This document shows, in pieces, positions 30,381-42,500 of a DNA stretch of 64,000 nt. Both the position numbers and the translations under genes were made by a program. This DNA comes from Candidatus Eiseniibacteriota bacterium (lineage in GTDB: Bacteria; Eisenbacteria; RBG-16-71-46; CAIMUX01; VGJL01). Within the stretch, counting starts at the first letter, position 1; the number at the start of each line of letters is the position of its first letter. A model generated the notes under the pieces. It ran no database searches, was not told where the DNA came from, and worked only from the letters and a program-made list of their open reading frames with translations. The DNA is taken from the NCBI GenBank assembly GCA_041946735.1, contig JBHGAY010000006.1, positions 64,001 through 128,000 of the forward strand. The letters are read 5' to 3'.

Positions 30381-31409
30381 ATGAAGCGACAGGATGGTGA
30401 AAGGAGTACGCCGCGCTGCGGCACCCGCGCCGGCGCCGCCGCGCTCGGGATCGCCGCGGCGATCCTCGCGGCGCTCGCGCTCGCCGCCACGGGCGCCGGA
30501 GCCCAGACGGCGATGCAGGTGCCGGCCGGCATCCCGCCCTACCAGCCGGCCTCCGGAATCTCGGGGAGCCTGAGCTCGATCGGCTCCGACACGATGAACA
30601 ATCTCATGACCTACTGGCAGGAGTCGTTCCGCAAGCACTACCCGAACGTCACGATCCAGGTCGAAGGGAAGGGATCGTCCACCGCTCCGCCGGCGCTGAT
30701 CGCCGGCACCGCCCAGCTCGCCCCCATGTCGCGCGAGATGAAGGCGACGGAGATCGACGCGTTCGAGAAGAAGTTCGGCTACAAGCCTTCCTTCATCCGC
30801 ACCTCGCTCGACGCGCTCGCCGTCTACGTCCACAAGGACAACCCGATTGCCGGGCTCACCCTGCCGCAGCTCGATGCGATCTTCTCCAAGACGCGGAGGG
30901 GTGCATTCTCCGAAGACCTCACGAGCTGGTCGCAGCTCGGCCTCCCCGCCGACTGGGCGCGACCGATCAGCCTCTACGGCCGCAATTCCGCCTCGGGGAC
31001 CTACGGCTACTTCAAGGAGCACGCGCTGTTCAAGGGGGACTACAAGGACACGGTGAAGGAGCAGCCCGGATCGGCCTCCGTCGTGCAGGGGATCGAGAAC
31101 GACCGCTTCGCGATCGGCTACAGCGGCATCGGGTACAGGACGGCCGGCGTCCGCGCCGTTCCGCTCGCCGGGAAGCCCGGCGATCCGTTCGTGCCCGCCG
31201 ACATGGAGCACGTGATCGACGGCTCCTACCCCCTCGGCCGCTACCTGTACATTTACTACAACCAGGCCCCGAACAAGCCGCTCGACCCGCTCGTCCGCGA
31301 GTTCCTCCGCTTCGTGCTGAGCCGTGAAGGGCAGGAGGTCGTGATCAAGGACGGCTACCTGCCACTCCCGGAGAAGGTCGTCCAGCAGGAGAGCCTGAAG
31401 CTGCAATGA
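30381..31409 (+). CDS. pstS: Phosphate-binding protein
   Basis: Signal peptide, GSDT, GKGSSTA, GRNSASGT, YPLGRYLY. Confidence 0.95.
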   Translation: MKRQDGERSTPRCGTRAGAAALGIAAAILAALALAATGAGAQTAMQVPAGIPPYQPASGISGSLSSIGSDTMNNLMTYWQESFRKHYPNVTIQVEGKGSSTAPPALIAGTAQLAPMSREMKATEIDAFEKKFGYKPSFIRTSLDALAVYVHKDNPIAGLTLPQLDAIFSKTRRGAFSEDLTSWSQLGLPADWARPISLYGRNSASGTYGYFKEHALFKGDYKDTVKEQPGSASVVQGIENDRFAIGYSGIGYRTAGVRAVPLAGKPGDPFVPADMEHVIDGSYPLGRYLYIYYNQAPNKPLDPLVREFLRFVLSREGQEVVIKDGYLPLPEKVVQQESLKLQ

Positions 31410-33649
31410 GCCGCCGCCGCACCGCTCCTCGCGTGCTGCTGCTCGATCGCGTCGCGAACTTCGGCATCACGGCGGGAGGGATCTCGACCATCGTCGCGGT
31501 GGCCGGGATCGTGATCTTCATCCTGGCCGAGGCGCTTCCGCTGTTCCGCCCCGCGAAGGCGTGGAAGGTCGTGGAGGTCACGCTTCCCGCGTCGCGGCCG
31601 GGGGCGTCCCTGCTCGCGCTCGGCGTCGACGAGCACCGGGAGAGCGCCTATGCGATCGAGTCGGGATCCGGGGCCGGACCCTCCGCCGTCTTCTTCGACC
31701 CGGTGACCGGCGCCATGCAGACGACGGCGTCCTTCGACAGCCTGGCCGGCGCCGAGCTCACCGCCGCCGCGCGCTCGACGCGGGGCGATGCGCTGGCCAT
31801 CGGGACCTCCGACGGGCGCGCGCTCGCCGCCGCCGTCCGCTACGACGTGGCGTTCGACGCGGAGGGGCGCCGCTCCGTGACTCCGTCCCTCGAGTCGGAC
31901 CCGCCCGTGCGGATCTCCCCGGGCGGCTCCCCGATCGTTCTCGTCGCTCGCGCGCGGATCGAGGACGGCTCCGCCCTCGCGGCGGCCGACAGCGAAGGCC
32001 GCCTCGGCCTCGCGATCGCCACGGTCCGCACGAACCTCCTCGGCGAGGAGACCCGGCGCGACACGCTCCTCGATCTCACTCCCCGCCTTCCTTCCCCCGC
32101 GACCGCTCTCGCCTTCGATTCGGAAGGCCGCCGCCTCTTCGCGGGGATGCAGGACGGCGGCGTCAAGCTCTGGAGGATCGAGGACGGCGCCGCCCGCGAC
32201 GAGGCCGTCTTCCAGGCGATCGAGCGGCGTGGCACGCCGGTGACCTGCCTCTCGCTCGCCCTCGGCGACAACACGTTGCTCGCCGGCGGCGCGGACGGCA
32301 GCCTCCAGGGATGGTTCGAGACTCTCGACCCGGCCGAAGGGGGAGGAGGCCGCGCCTTCCAGCGGGCGCACGTCTTCGCGCCGCATCCCGCGCCGGTCGT
32401 CGCGATCGAGCCTTCGCGCCGCGACCGGTCCTTCCTGACCGCCGATGCCGCCGGACATCTGCGTCTCCACTTCGCCACCACGGAGCGGGTCCTCCTCGAG
32501 CGCGATCTGCCGGTGGCGGCGCGAGCCCTCGCCTTCGCTCCGAAGGGGGACGGCTTCCTCGCCGCGCTCGATCGGACGCGGGCCGTCCACTTCGGACTGG
32601 ACAACCGGCATCCCGAGATCTCCTGGAAGGCGCTCTTCGGCAAGGTCTGGTACGAGGGGTACGACGGTCCGGCCTACGCGTGGCAGTCGAGCGGGGGGAC
32701 CGACGACTTCGAGGGAAAGTTCAGCTTGATCCCGCTGATCTTCGGGACGGTGAAAGGGACGGTCTATGCCCTGCTCTTCGCCGTTCCGATCGCGCTGCTC
32801 GGGGCGATCTACGCGAGCCAGTTCCTGCACCATCGCATCCGCAACGTGCTGAAGCCGGCGATCGAGATCATGGCGGCGGTGCCGTCGGTCGTCCTCGGCC
32901 TGATCGCCGGGCTCTTCCTGGCGCCTCGCCTCGAGGCGGCGCTGCCCGCGACGATCCTCACGATCGCGATCCTGCCGTTGCTCTTCCTCGGCTCGGCGGT
33001 CGCCTGGAAGGCGCTCCCCGCCCGATGGACCGGTCGCTTCCCGACCGGCACGGAGATCCTCTTCCTGATCCCGATCGCCCTGGCCGGCGCAGCCGTCGGC
33101 GGCGCGCTCGGACCGGTCCTCGAGCGGCTCCTCTTCGGCGGGGACTTCCATGCCTGGCTGAGCGGCACGGCCGGCGTTCGCTATGACCAGCGCAACTCGA
33201 TCGTCGTCGGCTTCGCGATGGGCTTCGCCGTCATCCCGATCCTGTTCACCATCTGCGAGGACTCCCTCTCCGCCGTGCCGCAGCACCTCGTCAGCGGCTC
33301 GATCGCCTGCGGCGCGAGCCGCTGGCAGACGGCGCTGTGGATCGTCCTCCCGGCGGCCGGCTCGGGAATCTTCTCGGCGATCATGGTCGGCTTCGGCCGC
33401 GCGGTCGGCGAGACGATGATCGTGCTCATGGCCACGGGGAACACGCCGATCCTCGACTGGTCGATCTGGAACGGGATGCGGACCCTCTCGGCGAACATCG
33501 CCGTGGAGATCCCCGAGGCGCCCTACCACGGGACGCTCTATCGCGTCCTGTTCCTGTCCGGGCTGTTGCTCTTCGCGATCACCTTCCTCGTCAACGGCGC
33601 GGCCGAGGCGATCCGCCTGCGGCTGCGCCGGAAGTTCGGAAACCTCTAA
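31406..33649 (+). CDS. pstC: Phosphate ABC permease PstC with WD40-like domain
   Basis: [32 protein letters not shown]; large propeller-like insert. Confidence 0.92.
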   Translation: MSRRRTAPRVLLLDRVANFGITAGGISTIVAVAGIVIFILAEALPLFRPAKAWKVVEVTLPASRPGASLLALGVDEHRESAYAIESGSGAGPSAVFFDPVTGAMQTTASFDSLAGAELTAAARSTRGDALAIGTSDGRALAAAVRYDVAFDAEGRRSVTPSLESDPPVRISPGGSPIVLVARARIEDGSALAAADSEGRLGLAIATVRTNLLGEETRRDTLLDLTPRLPSPATALAFDSEGRRLFAGMQDGGVKLWRIEDGAARDEAVFQAIERRGTPVTCLSLALGDNTLLAGGADGSLQGWFETLDPAEGGGGRAFQRAHVFAPHPAPVVAIEPSRRDRSFLTADAAGHLRLHFATTERVLLERDLPVAARALAFAPKGDGFLAALDRTRAVHFGLDNRHPEISWKALFGKVWYEGYDGPAYAWQSSGGTDDFEGKFSLIPLIFGTVKGTVYALLFAVPIALLGAIYASQFLHHRIRNVLKPAIEIMAAVPSVVLGLIAGLFLAPRLEAALPATILTIAILPLLFLGSAVAWKALPARWTGRFPTGTEILFLIPIALAGAAVGGALGPVLERLLFGGDFHAWLSGTAGVRYDQRNSIVVGFAMGFAVIPILFTICEDSLSAVPQHLVSGSIACGASRWQTALWIVLPAAGSGIFSAIMVGFGRAVGETMIVLMATGNTPILDWSIWNGMRTLSANIAVEIPEAPYHGTLYRVLFLSGLLLFAITFLVNGAAEAIRLRLRRKFGNL

Positions 33650-33681
33650 GCTCCCGCGGACGGGAGAGGAGCGGACGGCGC

Positions 33682-35366
33682 ATGGCGGCGAATCGATCGA
33701 TCGCCCCGATCGAGAGGGTGCGCGAGAAGCGCGAGGAGTCGGTCTGGACGCAGCTCGTCCGGCGCGGCGACCCGTTCGTGTGGCTCACGGGCGGCGCGCT
33801 CGCGATCGCCGCCGTGATGATCCTCGCCATCCTCCTCCTGATCGTCGCGCAAGGGATCGGCGCCATGTGGCCAAAGGATCTCGTTGCCATCGAGACGAAG
33901 GACGGATCGGCGTTCCTCGGCCCGATCGAGCGCTGGGAGACGATCCCCGAGGGGAGCGAGGGAGCCGGCGGCCGCCGGTTCCTCATGCGGATCGGCAATC
34001 GGGATCTCTACGGTTCCGATTTCCGATGGTTCGACGCCTCGGAAATCGTCGCGCAGTCGAAGCCCTCGGGCGCCCTCGTCATCGAGCGGCGCGAGTGGGG
34101 CCCCTTCCACGGGACGCTCGAGCGGGTGCGGCTGGGGGATGGCCGCGAGCTGGAGGGTCGCGCTGCCTGGCAAGCGTTTCGGGAGGCGATCGGCGAAGGG
34201 AAGCGCCGGTTCGCGGAGATCTCCCGCGTGGAGAGGGAGGAGGTCGGCCGCGCGAGCGACGCGATCGAGCGCGCGCGCCTCGAGATCAGGAAGATCGAGC
34301 TGGCCGGCAAGGCGGGCACCCGCGAAGGCTCGGCGCGCATCGCACGCGCCCGCGCGCGCGTCGCCGCGGAGGAAGGCGCCATCGAGCGGCTCCGCGGGCG
34401 ACTCGCCGAGCTGCGCGCCTCCGACGAGGGACGCGCCGCGATCGTCCTCTCCGCCCGCGGGGAGCGGGAGGAGATCCCGTTCTCCCGGATCGTCCGCGCC
34501 TGGGCCCCGAACGACACCGGCGCGCTCGGCAAGATCGCGATCCACGCCTCGCGCCTCTGGGAGTTCGTTTCGGCGGAGCCGCGCGAGTCGAACACCGAAG
34601 GCGGCATCTTCCCGGCGATCTTCGGAACAGTGTGGATGACCCTTCTCATGACGATCGCGGTGGTCCCGCTCGGGGTCCTCGCCGCTCTGTACCTGCGGGA
34701 GTATGCGCGGCAAGGCGCGATCGTCAGCATGGTGCGCGTCGCGGTGAACAATCTCGCGGGGGTGCCGAGCATCGTCTTCGGCCTCTTCGGTCTCGGCTTC
34801 TTCGCCTACGGCCTCGGCGGGACGATCGACCGCGCCTTCTTCTCCGAGCGGCTGCCGAACCCGACGTTCGGAGGGGGAGGAGTGCTCTGGGCCTCCCTCA
34901 CGCTCGCGCTCTTGACCGTCCCGGTGGTGATCGTCGCGACGGAGGAGGCGCTGGCCGCGGTGCCGCGGGGGATCCGCGACGGTTCGATCGCATGCGGGGC
35001 GTCGAAGTTCCAGACGATCACGCGGATTGTCCTGCCGGCGGCGGCGCCCGGGATCCTGACCGGAGCGATCCTTGCGATGGCGCGGGGAGCGGGAGAAGTC
35101 GCCCCGCTCATGATCACCGGCGTCGTCAAGCTCGCGCCGAAGCTGCCGGTCGACGGAGACTTCCCGTTCGTCCATCTCGAACGGAAGTTCATGCATCTCG
35201 GCTTTCACATTTACGACGTCGGGTTCCAGTCTCCGAACGTGGAGGCGGCGAAACCGATGGTCTACATGACCACGTTGCTCCTGATCATGATCGTCGTCCT
35301 CTTGAACCTGGCGGCGATCGTGGTCCGCAACCGGTTGAGGGACAAGTACAGGACGGGGGCGTTCGG

Positions 35367-35370
<4 letters not shown>
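33682..35370 (+). CDS. pstA: Phosphate ABC permease PstA with coiled-coil insert
   Basis: [38 protein letters not shown]. Confidence 0.93.
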
Positions 35371-36191
<821 letters not shown>

Positions 36192-36252
36192 TCCATTGCG
36201 CATCCACCGCGCTCTCCCTCGAGGGGAGGGCGGATCGAGGGCTCGTGCAAAG

Positions 36253-36915
36253 ATGAAGCGGTACTACGATTCGAGGTTCGAGGAGCTGCGGGATCTCCTG
36301 CTCCGCATGTCCTACCTGTCGGTCGAGAACTTCTTGCGGGCGCTGCAGGGGCTGTTCGGCCGCGACACGGAGCTGTGCGAGCAGGTGGTCCGCGAGGACT
36401 CGGAGATCGACCAGCTCGAGCTCAGGATCGACAAGCTCTGCCAGGAGCTGCTCCTGACGCTCCAGCCGGTCGCGAAGGACCTCCGCTTCGTCACGATGTC
36501 GATGCGGATCAACACGAACCTCGAGCGGGTGGGGGACCAGGCGGTCTATATCGCCCGCGTCGGATGCGATCTCGCGAAGCTCCCTCCCATGCCGAACCTC
36601 TTCGGCCTCCCCGATCTCGGCCTGCGGGCGAAGACGGCGGTCCTCCAGTCGATCGAGGCGTACATCCAGGAGGACGTCGAGCTGGCGCGGCGGATCCGCG
36701 CGGGCGACGCGGGGATCAACCGCACGCACCGCGAGATGATCCAGAAGCTGCTCGTCCACATGATGGAGAACCCGTCGCAGGTGGCGCAGGCGATCGAGCT
36801 CGTCTTCCTGGCGCAGTCACTCGAGCGCGTGGCCGATTACGGCAAGAACATCGCGGACGAGGTGATCTATCTGGTGGAAGCGGTCGACCCCCGCCACCAG
36901 AAGGAGGCGGGTTAG
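36253..36915 (+). CDS. phoU: Phosphate signalling protein PhoU
   Basis: QPVAKDLR, LERVGD, LERVADYGKNIA. Confidence 0.95.
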   Translation: MKRYYDSRFEELRDLLLRMSYLSVENFLRALQGLFGRDTELCEQVVREDSEIDQLELRIDKLCQELLLTLQPVAKDLRFVTMSMRINTNLERVGDQAVYIARVGCDLAKLPPMPNLFGLPDLGLRAKTAVLQSIEAYIQEDVELARRIRAGDAGINRTHREMIQKLLVHMMENPSQVAQAIELVFLAQSLERVADYGKNIADEVIYLVEAVDPRHQKEAG

Positions 36916-36935
36916 CGGCGCGCCCGGCGGCCGGA

Positions 36936-36998
36936 TCAGCCCCAGACGAGAAGGAAGAGCGCGATCATCAAAGCGAATCCGATCACGAGCCTGCGCAT
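36936..36998 (-). CDS. Possible 20-aa membrane peptide
   Basis: MRRLVIGFALMIALFLLVWG, G-rich upstream. Confidence 0.4.
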   Translation of the reverse strand: MRRLVIGFALMIALFLLVWG

Positions 36999-37173
36999 TC
37001 CCAACAACCCCCTGCCCCCCTTCGGCCCCCGCCCCGCCACGATCCATCCGATTCTCGGTCGGTGAGAAGCGCGGAGGCCCCGCGCATTGTGCCGGGAGCG
37101 GACCGTCCCGCGAAAGAAGAATCTCTCCTCCCGCGCTGCCGCGAGCGGGCCCGCGCGTGCTACCTTCGGCCGC

Positions 37174-38028
37174 GTGACGATCCGCATCTGCTCCCTGGCG
37201 AGCGGCAGCTCCGGCAACGCGACCCTGATCGCGAGCGAGACGACGGCGGTCCTGGTCGACTGCGGCCTCGCGGCGCGGCAGGTCGAAGCCCGCCTGGCCT
37301 CGCTCGGCGTCGATCCGTGCCGGCTCGACGGAATCCTCGTCACGCACGCGCACGCGGACCACTACCGCTCGGCCGGCACCATGCACCGGCGTTACCGGAT
37401 CCCGGTCCACGTCGACCCATCGACCGCCTGGGCGCTCGCCCTGCGGCCGGACCGGACCTCCTGGAGTCGCATCTCCGAGCCCCAGCCGATCCCCGATCGG
37501 ATCGGCGACCTGGAGATCCGCGCCCTCGACACCCGCCACGGGGACCCCCGGCACGACGGCAGGACGGTCGCCTACCGGATCGAGCACGCGGGATGGGCCG
37601 TCGCGGTCGTCACCGACCTGGGCCGCTTCGACGACCGGCTGATTGCCGCCCTCCGGGGAGTCGACGCGATCGTCCTCGAGGCGAACTACGACGAGGCGAT
37701 CGTGGGGCGCAAGCTTTCCGATCCCCGTTTCGCGCGCGACTGGCCCTACCTCCGGTGGGTGCAGAGCGACCGCGGCCACCTGTCGAACCGCCAATGCGCG
37801 GAGGCGCTGGCGGAGATCGTGCGGGACGAGCGGGCCCACGTCCTCCTCGGGCACGTGAGCGAGAACCATTTCGATCCGCGACGCGACAACAACGATCACC
37901 GGATCGCCTTCGATGCGGTCGCCCGCGAGCTTGCGCGCCGCCGGCTTCCGCTTCCCATCCTCCATCGGACCTATCGCGTGGGACGGGTGCCGGCGGGCTG
38001 TGGCGCGCCGATCGAGATCGGCGCCTGA
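37174..38028 (+). CDS. MBL-fold hydrolase (YycJ/PhnP-like)
   Basis: LASGSSGN, VDCG, THAHADH, TDLG, LEANYD, GHLSN. Confidence 0.9.
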   Translation: MTIRICSLASGSSGNATLIASETTAVLVDCGLAARQVEARLASLGVDPCRLDGILVTHAHADHYRSAGTMHRRYRIPVHVDPSTAWALALRPDRTSWSRISEPQPIPDRIGDLEIRALDTRHGDPRHDGRTVAYRIEHAGWAVAVVTDLGRFDDRLIAALRGVDAIVLEANYDEAIVGRKLSDPRFARDWPYLRWVQSDRGHLSNRQCAEALAEIVRDERAHVLLGHVSENHFDPRRDNNDHRIAFDAVARELARRRLPLPILHRTYRVGRVPAGCGAPIEIGA

Positions 38029-38030
38029 AC

Positions 38031-38630
38031 GTCCCGCCGGCTCGAGGCCGGCGCGCGATCCCTGGGCGGCGGCGGCCTGCCTGTCGAAGGGGAGTCGGCT
38101 GATCCGGGCGGCGGGCGCTGCGTCGGTCGAAGAGGGGCGGGCGATATCCGGGACCCGCTCTGCGGTCCGTCGAAGAGTCGCGGGTGAATCCCGGAGGTCG
38201 GTCTTGCGCGCGTCAAAGAGCTGCGGGTAGCCCCGGGAGCGGGACTTCGACGTACGGAAGCCCGACCTCCCGTCTTCGACTGCGGGTGTTCGACATGCTG
38301 GAGAGCCGCGCCGAGACTCCGGGTGTCATCGTCCCGCCGGTCGAACGCGAGCCGCCGATCCCTGGGGGCGACTCTTCGACGTGCGGAAAGCGCGCGGCCA
38401 GGGTGTGGGAACCGGTCTTTCGCGCGCGAAACGCGCTTGCCAGGGCCGGGAGGCCGCTCTTTCGACCGTCGAAGAGCGAGGGGCGAACCCTGGGAGTGGC
38501 TCTCTCGCGCGCGTGAGAGCGACCGGGGCGGATCGCCTGCGCGTCTTCGACGCGTCGAAGAGCGAGTCGGAGAGATCGGGAGCGGGAGTTCGACGTCCGG
38601 AGGAGCGGTTGCGCGGGTGGGGGGGCGGGG
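38031..38630. repeat. Degenerate tandem array, 14 units of 43 bp with palindromic core CTCTTCGACGCGTCGAAGAG
   Basis: Right half-site anchors at 38040, 38083, 38126, 38169, 38212, 38254, 38297, 38340, 38383, 38426, 38468, 38511, 38554, 38597. Confidence 0.8.
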
Positions 38631-38646
38631 GCGCGGCGCGCCTGCG

Positions 38647-38675
38647 TTGACCCGGCGGGGTTCACCGGGCATTCT
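38647..38675 (+). promoter_or_regulatory. Sigma70-like promoter right after the array
   Basis: TTGACC, 17 nt, CATTCT. Confidence 0.5.
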
Positions 38676-38699
38676 CAGTCCGTCTGAAGGAGGACTTCG

Positions 38700-38768
38700 A
38701 TGCCGCAGGGACCGCAGGAGGGCATGTCGCAAGCCGGGCGCGGCGTTCCGGTCGAGGCGCTCGCATGA
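38700..38768 (+). CDS. Possible 22-aa leader ORF
   Basis: AAGGAGG SD, MPQGPQEGMSQAGRGVPVEALA, ATGA overlap with next gene. Confidence 0.4.
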   Translation: MPQGPQEGMSQAGRGVPVEALA

Positions 38769-39415
38769 GCGAGAAGCCGGCGTACGACATCGCGAAAGCG
38801 CTCGCGTACCTGGATCCTTTGCAGCTCGGGCCTCCGGAGCTCGCGATCGAGAGGATCGACGACCCGGCCGTGCGCGTGCAGCCCGACGTGGGACGGACCG
38901 CGGCGGCGCTGCTCGACCTGCTCGTGCGCCTCCAGCGTCCCGAACGGATCCTCGAGATCGGCACCTGCCTGGGGTACGCCGCCTGCGCGCTCGGTCGCGC
39001 GGCCCGGGATCACGGCGGCCGCGTGCTCACCTACGAGATCGATCCCGCGCTGGCCGCCGCGGCGCAGCGCAACGTCGCGTCGGCGGGACTCGCCGGCGTG
39101 GTCGAGATCCGCAACGAGGACGCGCGCGCGGCGATCGAGCGCCTCGATCCCGCCGCCCCCTTCGGCCTGATCCTCCAGGACGGCGGCAAGGACGATTACC
39201 TCCCGATGCTCGAGCCCCTCCTCGCGCTGCTCCCTCCCGGCGGCCTGCTCGTCTCCGACGACGTCCTCTTCCCCGTGATGGACCTGCCGGAGCGGGCGCG
39301 GCCCTGGGCGCGGGCGATCGACGCCTACAACGTCCGTCTTCGCGATCTGCCCGGACTGCGCACCGTCTGGCTCCCGATCGGCGACGGCATCGCGATCAGC
39401 TACAAGGAGCGCTGA
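38765..39415 (+). CDS. O-methyltransferase (Methyltransf_3/TrmR-like)
   Basis: RILEIGTCLGYA, DGGKDDY, GGLLVSDDVLF, PIGDGI. Confidence 0.88.
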   Translation: MSEKPAYDIAKALAYLDPLQLGPPELAIERIDDPAVRVQPDVGRTAAALLDLLVRLQRPERILEIGTCLGYAACALGRAARDHGGRVLTYEIDPALAAAAQRNVASAGLAGVVEIRNEDARAAIERLDPAAPFGLILQDGGKDDYLPMLEPLLALLPPGGLLVSDDVLFPVMDLPERARPWARAIDAYNVRLRDLPGLRTVWLPIGDGIAISYKER

Positions 39416-39579
39416 GCCAGCCCGATCGACGTCCGCCCCTCCTCCGTTCGCTCTCCGCTTCGCCGCGTGCGCATTCCGGCCCGCCCTTCGTTCCCCTTCG
39501 TTGGAGGAATCGGGAAGCGGGCCGCTCAGAACCGGCGGCCGAGACGCAGCCGCGGACACGCGACGAAGGAGGACGACCG

Positions 39580-42500
39580 ATGAAGAACGCGAAGCGGACG
39601 AACGAAACGACGGGAGCCGCGCAGCGCGCGAAGCCGGCCGGGCGGTGGCACGCCGCCCGCGCGCTTCTTCCGCCTCTTCTCCTCGCGCTGGTGGCGGGCC
39701 TTCTCGCCGCGCCCGCGGGCGCGACCGCTCCCGATCCGGCGCCCGACTGGAGCGCGAGCGGAGAAATCACGCACGCGTGGTTCGGGAGCGCGGTCTCGAC
39801 GACCGGCGACGTCAACGGGGACGGACTCAGCGATCTGATCGTCGGAGCGGGGAACTACGGTTCCCAGCGGGGGCGGATCCGGATCTACTACGGCGCGGCC
39901 GCAGGCATGGACTCGCTCGCCGACTGGACGCGCAACGGCGCCCAGGGGAATCAAGGGCTCGGCGTCTCGGTCTCGACGGCCGGGGACGTCAACGGGGACG
40001 GCTATGACGACTTCCTCGCTGGATCCCCGTACTTCACCGGAACGAACGCAGAGGAAGGAAAGCTGCACCTCTACTTCGGCTCGCCGGGCGGGCCGGTCGA
40101 AGCGGCGGAGTACACGCAAGGCCAGCTCTACGCTCACCTGGGAATGTCGGTCGCGGGCGGGGGCGACTTCGACGGGGACGGCTACGACGACTTCGCCGTC
40201 GGGGCCCCGCTGCTCGAGAACAGCCAGCTCGACGAAGGCGGCGTGCTCGTCTTCTACGGCCGTGCGAACCAGGCTCCAGCGACCTACGAGCAGTGGCTGC
40301 AACCGAACATCGCGTCCGCTTCCTTCGGGGCATCCGTGTCGGTGGCCGGCGACGTGAACGGAGACGGCTACGACGACCTGATCGTCGGCGCCCCGAAGTA
40401 CGCCGGCGCGGGAACGGAACGCGGGGCGGCGTTCGTCTATCTCGGAGGCCCCAACGGGCTCGGGCCGAATCCGCTTTGGACGAAGGTCGCGGCGCAGGAC
40501 GGGAGCCACCTCGGCGCCTCCGTCGCGGGAGCGGGCGACGTCAACGGCGACGGCTATGCCGATGTCCTGGTCGGCGGGCCGGACGCGGGCAATCTCCAGC
40601 AGGGACAGGCATGGCTCTATCGGGGCGGCGCGGCCGGACCCGAGGTGGATCCCTTCTGGATTGGGACGGTGAGCCAGGCGTCCGCGCACTTCGGCGCCGC
40701 GGTGGCGACGGCCGGCGACTTCGACGGGGACGGCTACGCGGACGTCGTCGTCGGCGCGCCGGGCTACAACGGCGCGGGCGGAGCGGACGAAGGGCTCGCC
40801 CGGCTCTATCGCGGCTCGATCGGCGGGCTCGTCCTCGTACGCGAGCACACCTGCGGGCAGCCGGTCGCCGGCTTCGGCGTGGCGGTCGCGACCGGGGGCG
40901 ACGTGGACGGCGACGGCTTCAGCGACCTGTTGATCGGCGCGGGGCGCTGGGACGGATCGCAGCAGGACGAGGGGCGCGTCTTCCTCTATCGCGGCCACGC
41001 GCGCACGCTCGCCGGCAATCCCGAATGGTCGTGGAACGGACAGCCGGCTTCGTATGTCTACGACCGCCAGCCCCCTTCGTCCTGCTCGGGAGACTGGAAC
41101 GGCGACGGGCGGAGCGACATCGCGATCGGCGATCCGCACGCTCCCGAGCAGGTCGGCCGCGTCGACGTCTTCTACGGCAGCAGCGCCGGACCGTCCGGCG
41201 CGCCGGGCTGGAGCTTCGTCGGCGACTCCTACCACGTCCATCTCGGCCGCAGCGTCGCGGCCGGCGACCTGGACGGCGACGGCTACGACGAGCTGCTCGT
41301 CTCCGCCCCCGGCTCGCTCTACGAGAACGCGGGGCCGGGCCGCGTCTTCGTCTTTCGCGGAGGTCCGAGCGGACTGTCCGGCTCGCCGGACCTGGTCCTC
41401 GAAGGAGAGCAGGACGGCTCGCTCTTCGGGCACGGCCTCGCCTGGGCGGGGGACGTCGACGGCGACGGCTACGGAGACGTAGTCGTCGGGGCCCCGCGGC
41501 ACGGATCGGTCGACGCGCCGAGCGGCCGGCTGCTCCTCTACCGCGGGGACCCGGATGCGCTGCTCCATCCTGCTCCGCTGGTCGCCGACGGAGCGCCCGG
41601 CGAAAGGCTGGGCCACACGATCTCGGCCCCGTGCGACTTCGACGGCGACGGCTATGGCGACTGGGCGGTCGGCTCGCCGGATGCGCGCGACTTTGGCAAC
41701 CGCGCCGGGAACGTGCACGTCTACTTCGGCGGTGAGAGTCCCAACCTGGTTCCGGATGTCGTCCTGCGCGGCGGCACCAATCCGACGGCGTTCGGATGGT
41801 CCGTCCTCGCGTGCGATCTGACCGGCGACGGGCGCTCGGACCTGCTGATCGGCGAGCCGTACTACGACGACGGATCGAACCAGAATCGCGGCCAGGTCAT
41901 CCTCTATCTGGGGACGGCCACCGGCCTCTCGCTGTTCCCTCTCTGGGGACGGGTCGGCGAGATCGACAACGGCAACCTCGGCTACGCGCTGGCGAGCGCC
42001 GGGGACGTCAACGGAGACGGGAGGGAGGATCTGCTCATCGGCGAGCCCGGTTACGGCAGCGATCCGTCGCAGGAGCAGGAGGGACGGATCCACCTCTTCG
42101 TCGCTCCGCTGACGCTGCAGGGCGGGCCGGCATGGACGAAGGAGGGCGGCAAGGCGGACGCGCGCCTCGGCTCGGTGGTCGCGCGCGCCGGCGACGTGAC
42201 GGGCGACGGGTTCGCGGACTTCCTGGGCGGCGGCCGGATGTCCGGACCGGGCGACGACGCATCGTTCTTCGTGCAGTTCGGCGGCGGACGGCGCGGCGTC
42301 GAGCGCCCGCTCGCGCAGAAGCGCGGCGACGGAAGCGGGATCCGGCTTCTCGGCGGCACGCGGGACGACGCCTTCCGCATCCTCTGGACGGGTCGAAGCG
42401 CGGCGGGTCGCGACCGGATCCGTCTCGAGCGGGAGATCGCGTCGTCGGGGCAGCCGTTCTCCGGGGGCGGGGAGATCGTCGCCGGTCCGCTCGAGGACAC

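Noticed and set aside
38031..38630. Array as a CRISPR locus
   Set aside because: Repeats are too degenerate, the 43-bp unit is too short, the inter-core DNA is partly conserved, and there are no cas genes in the window.
38323..39579. N-terminal part of the 1562-aa ORF
   Set aside because: Arg/Pro-rich open frame overlapping the array and the methyltransferase; the real start with SD and signal peptide is 39580.
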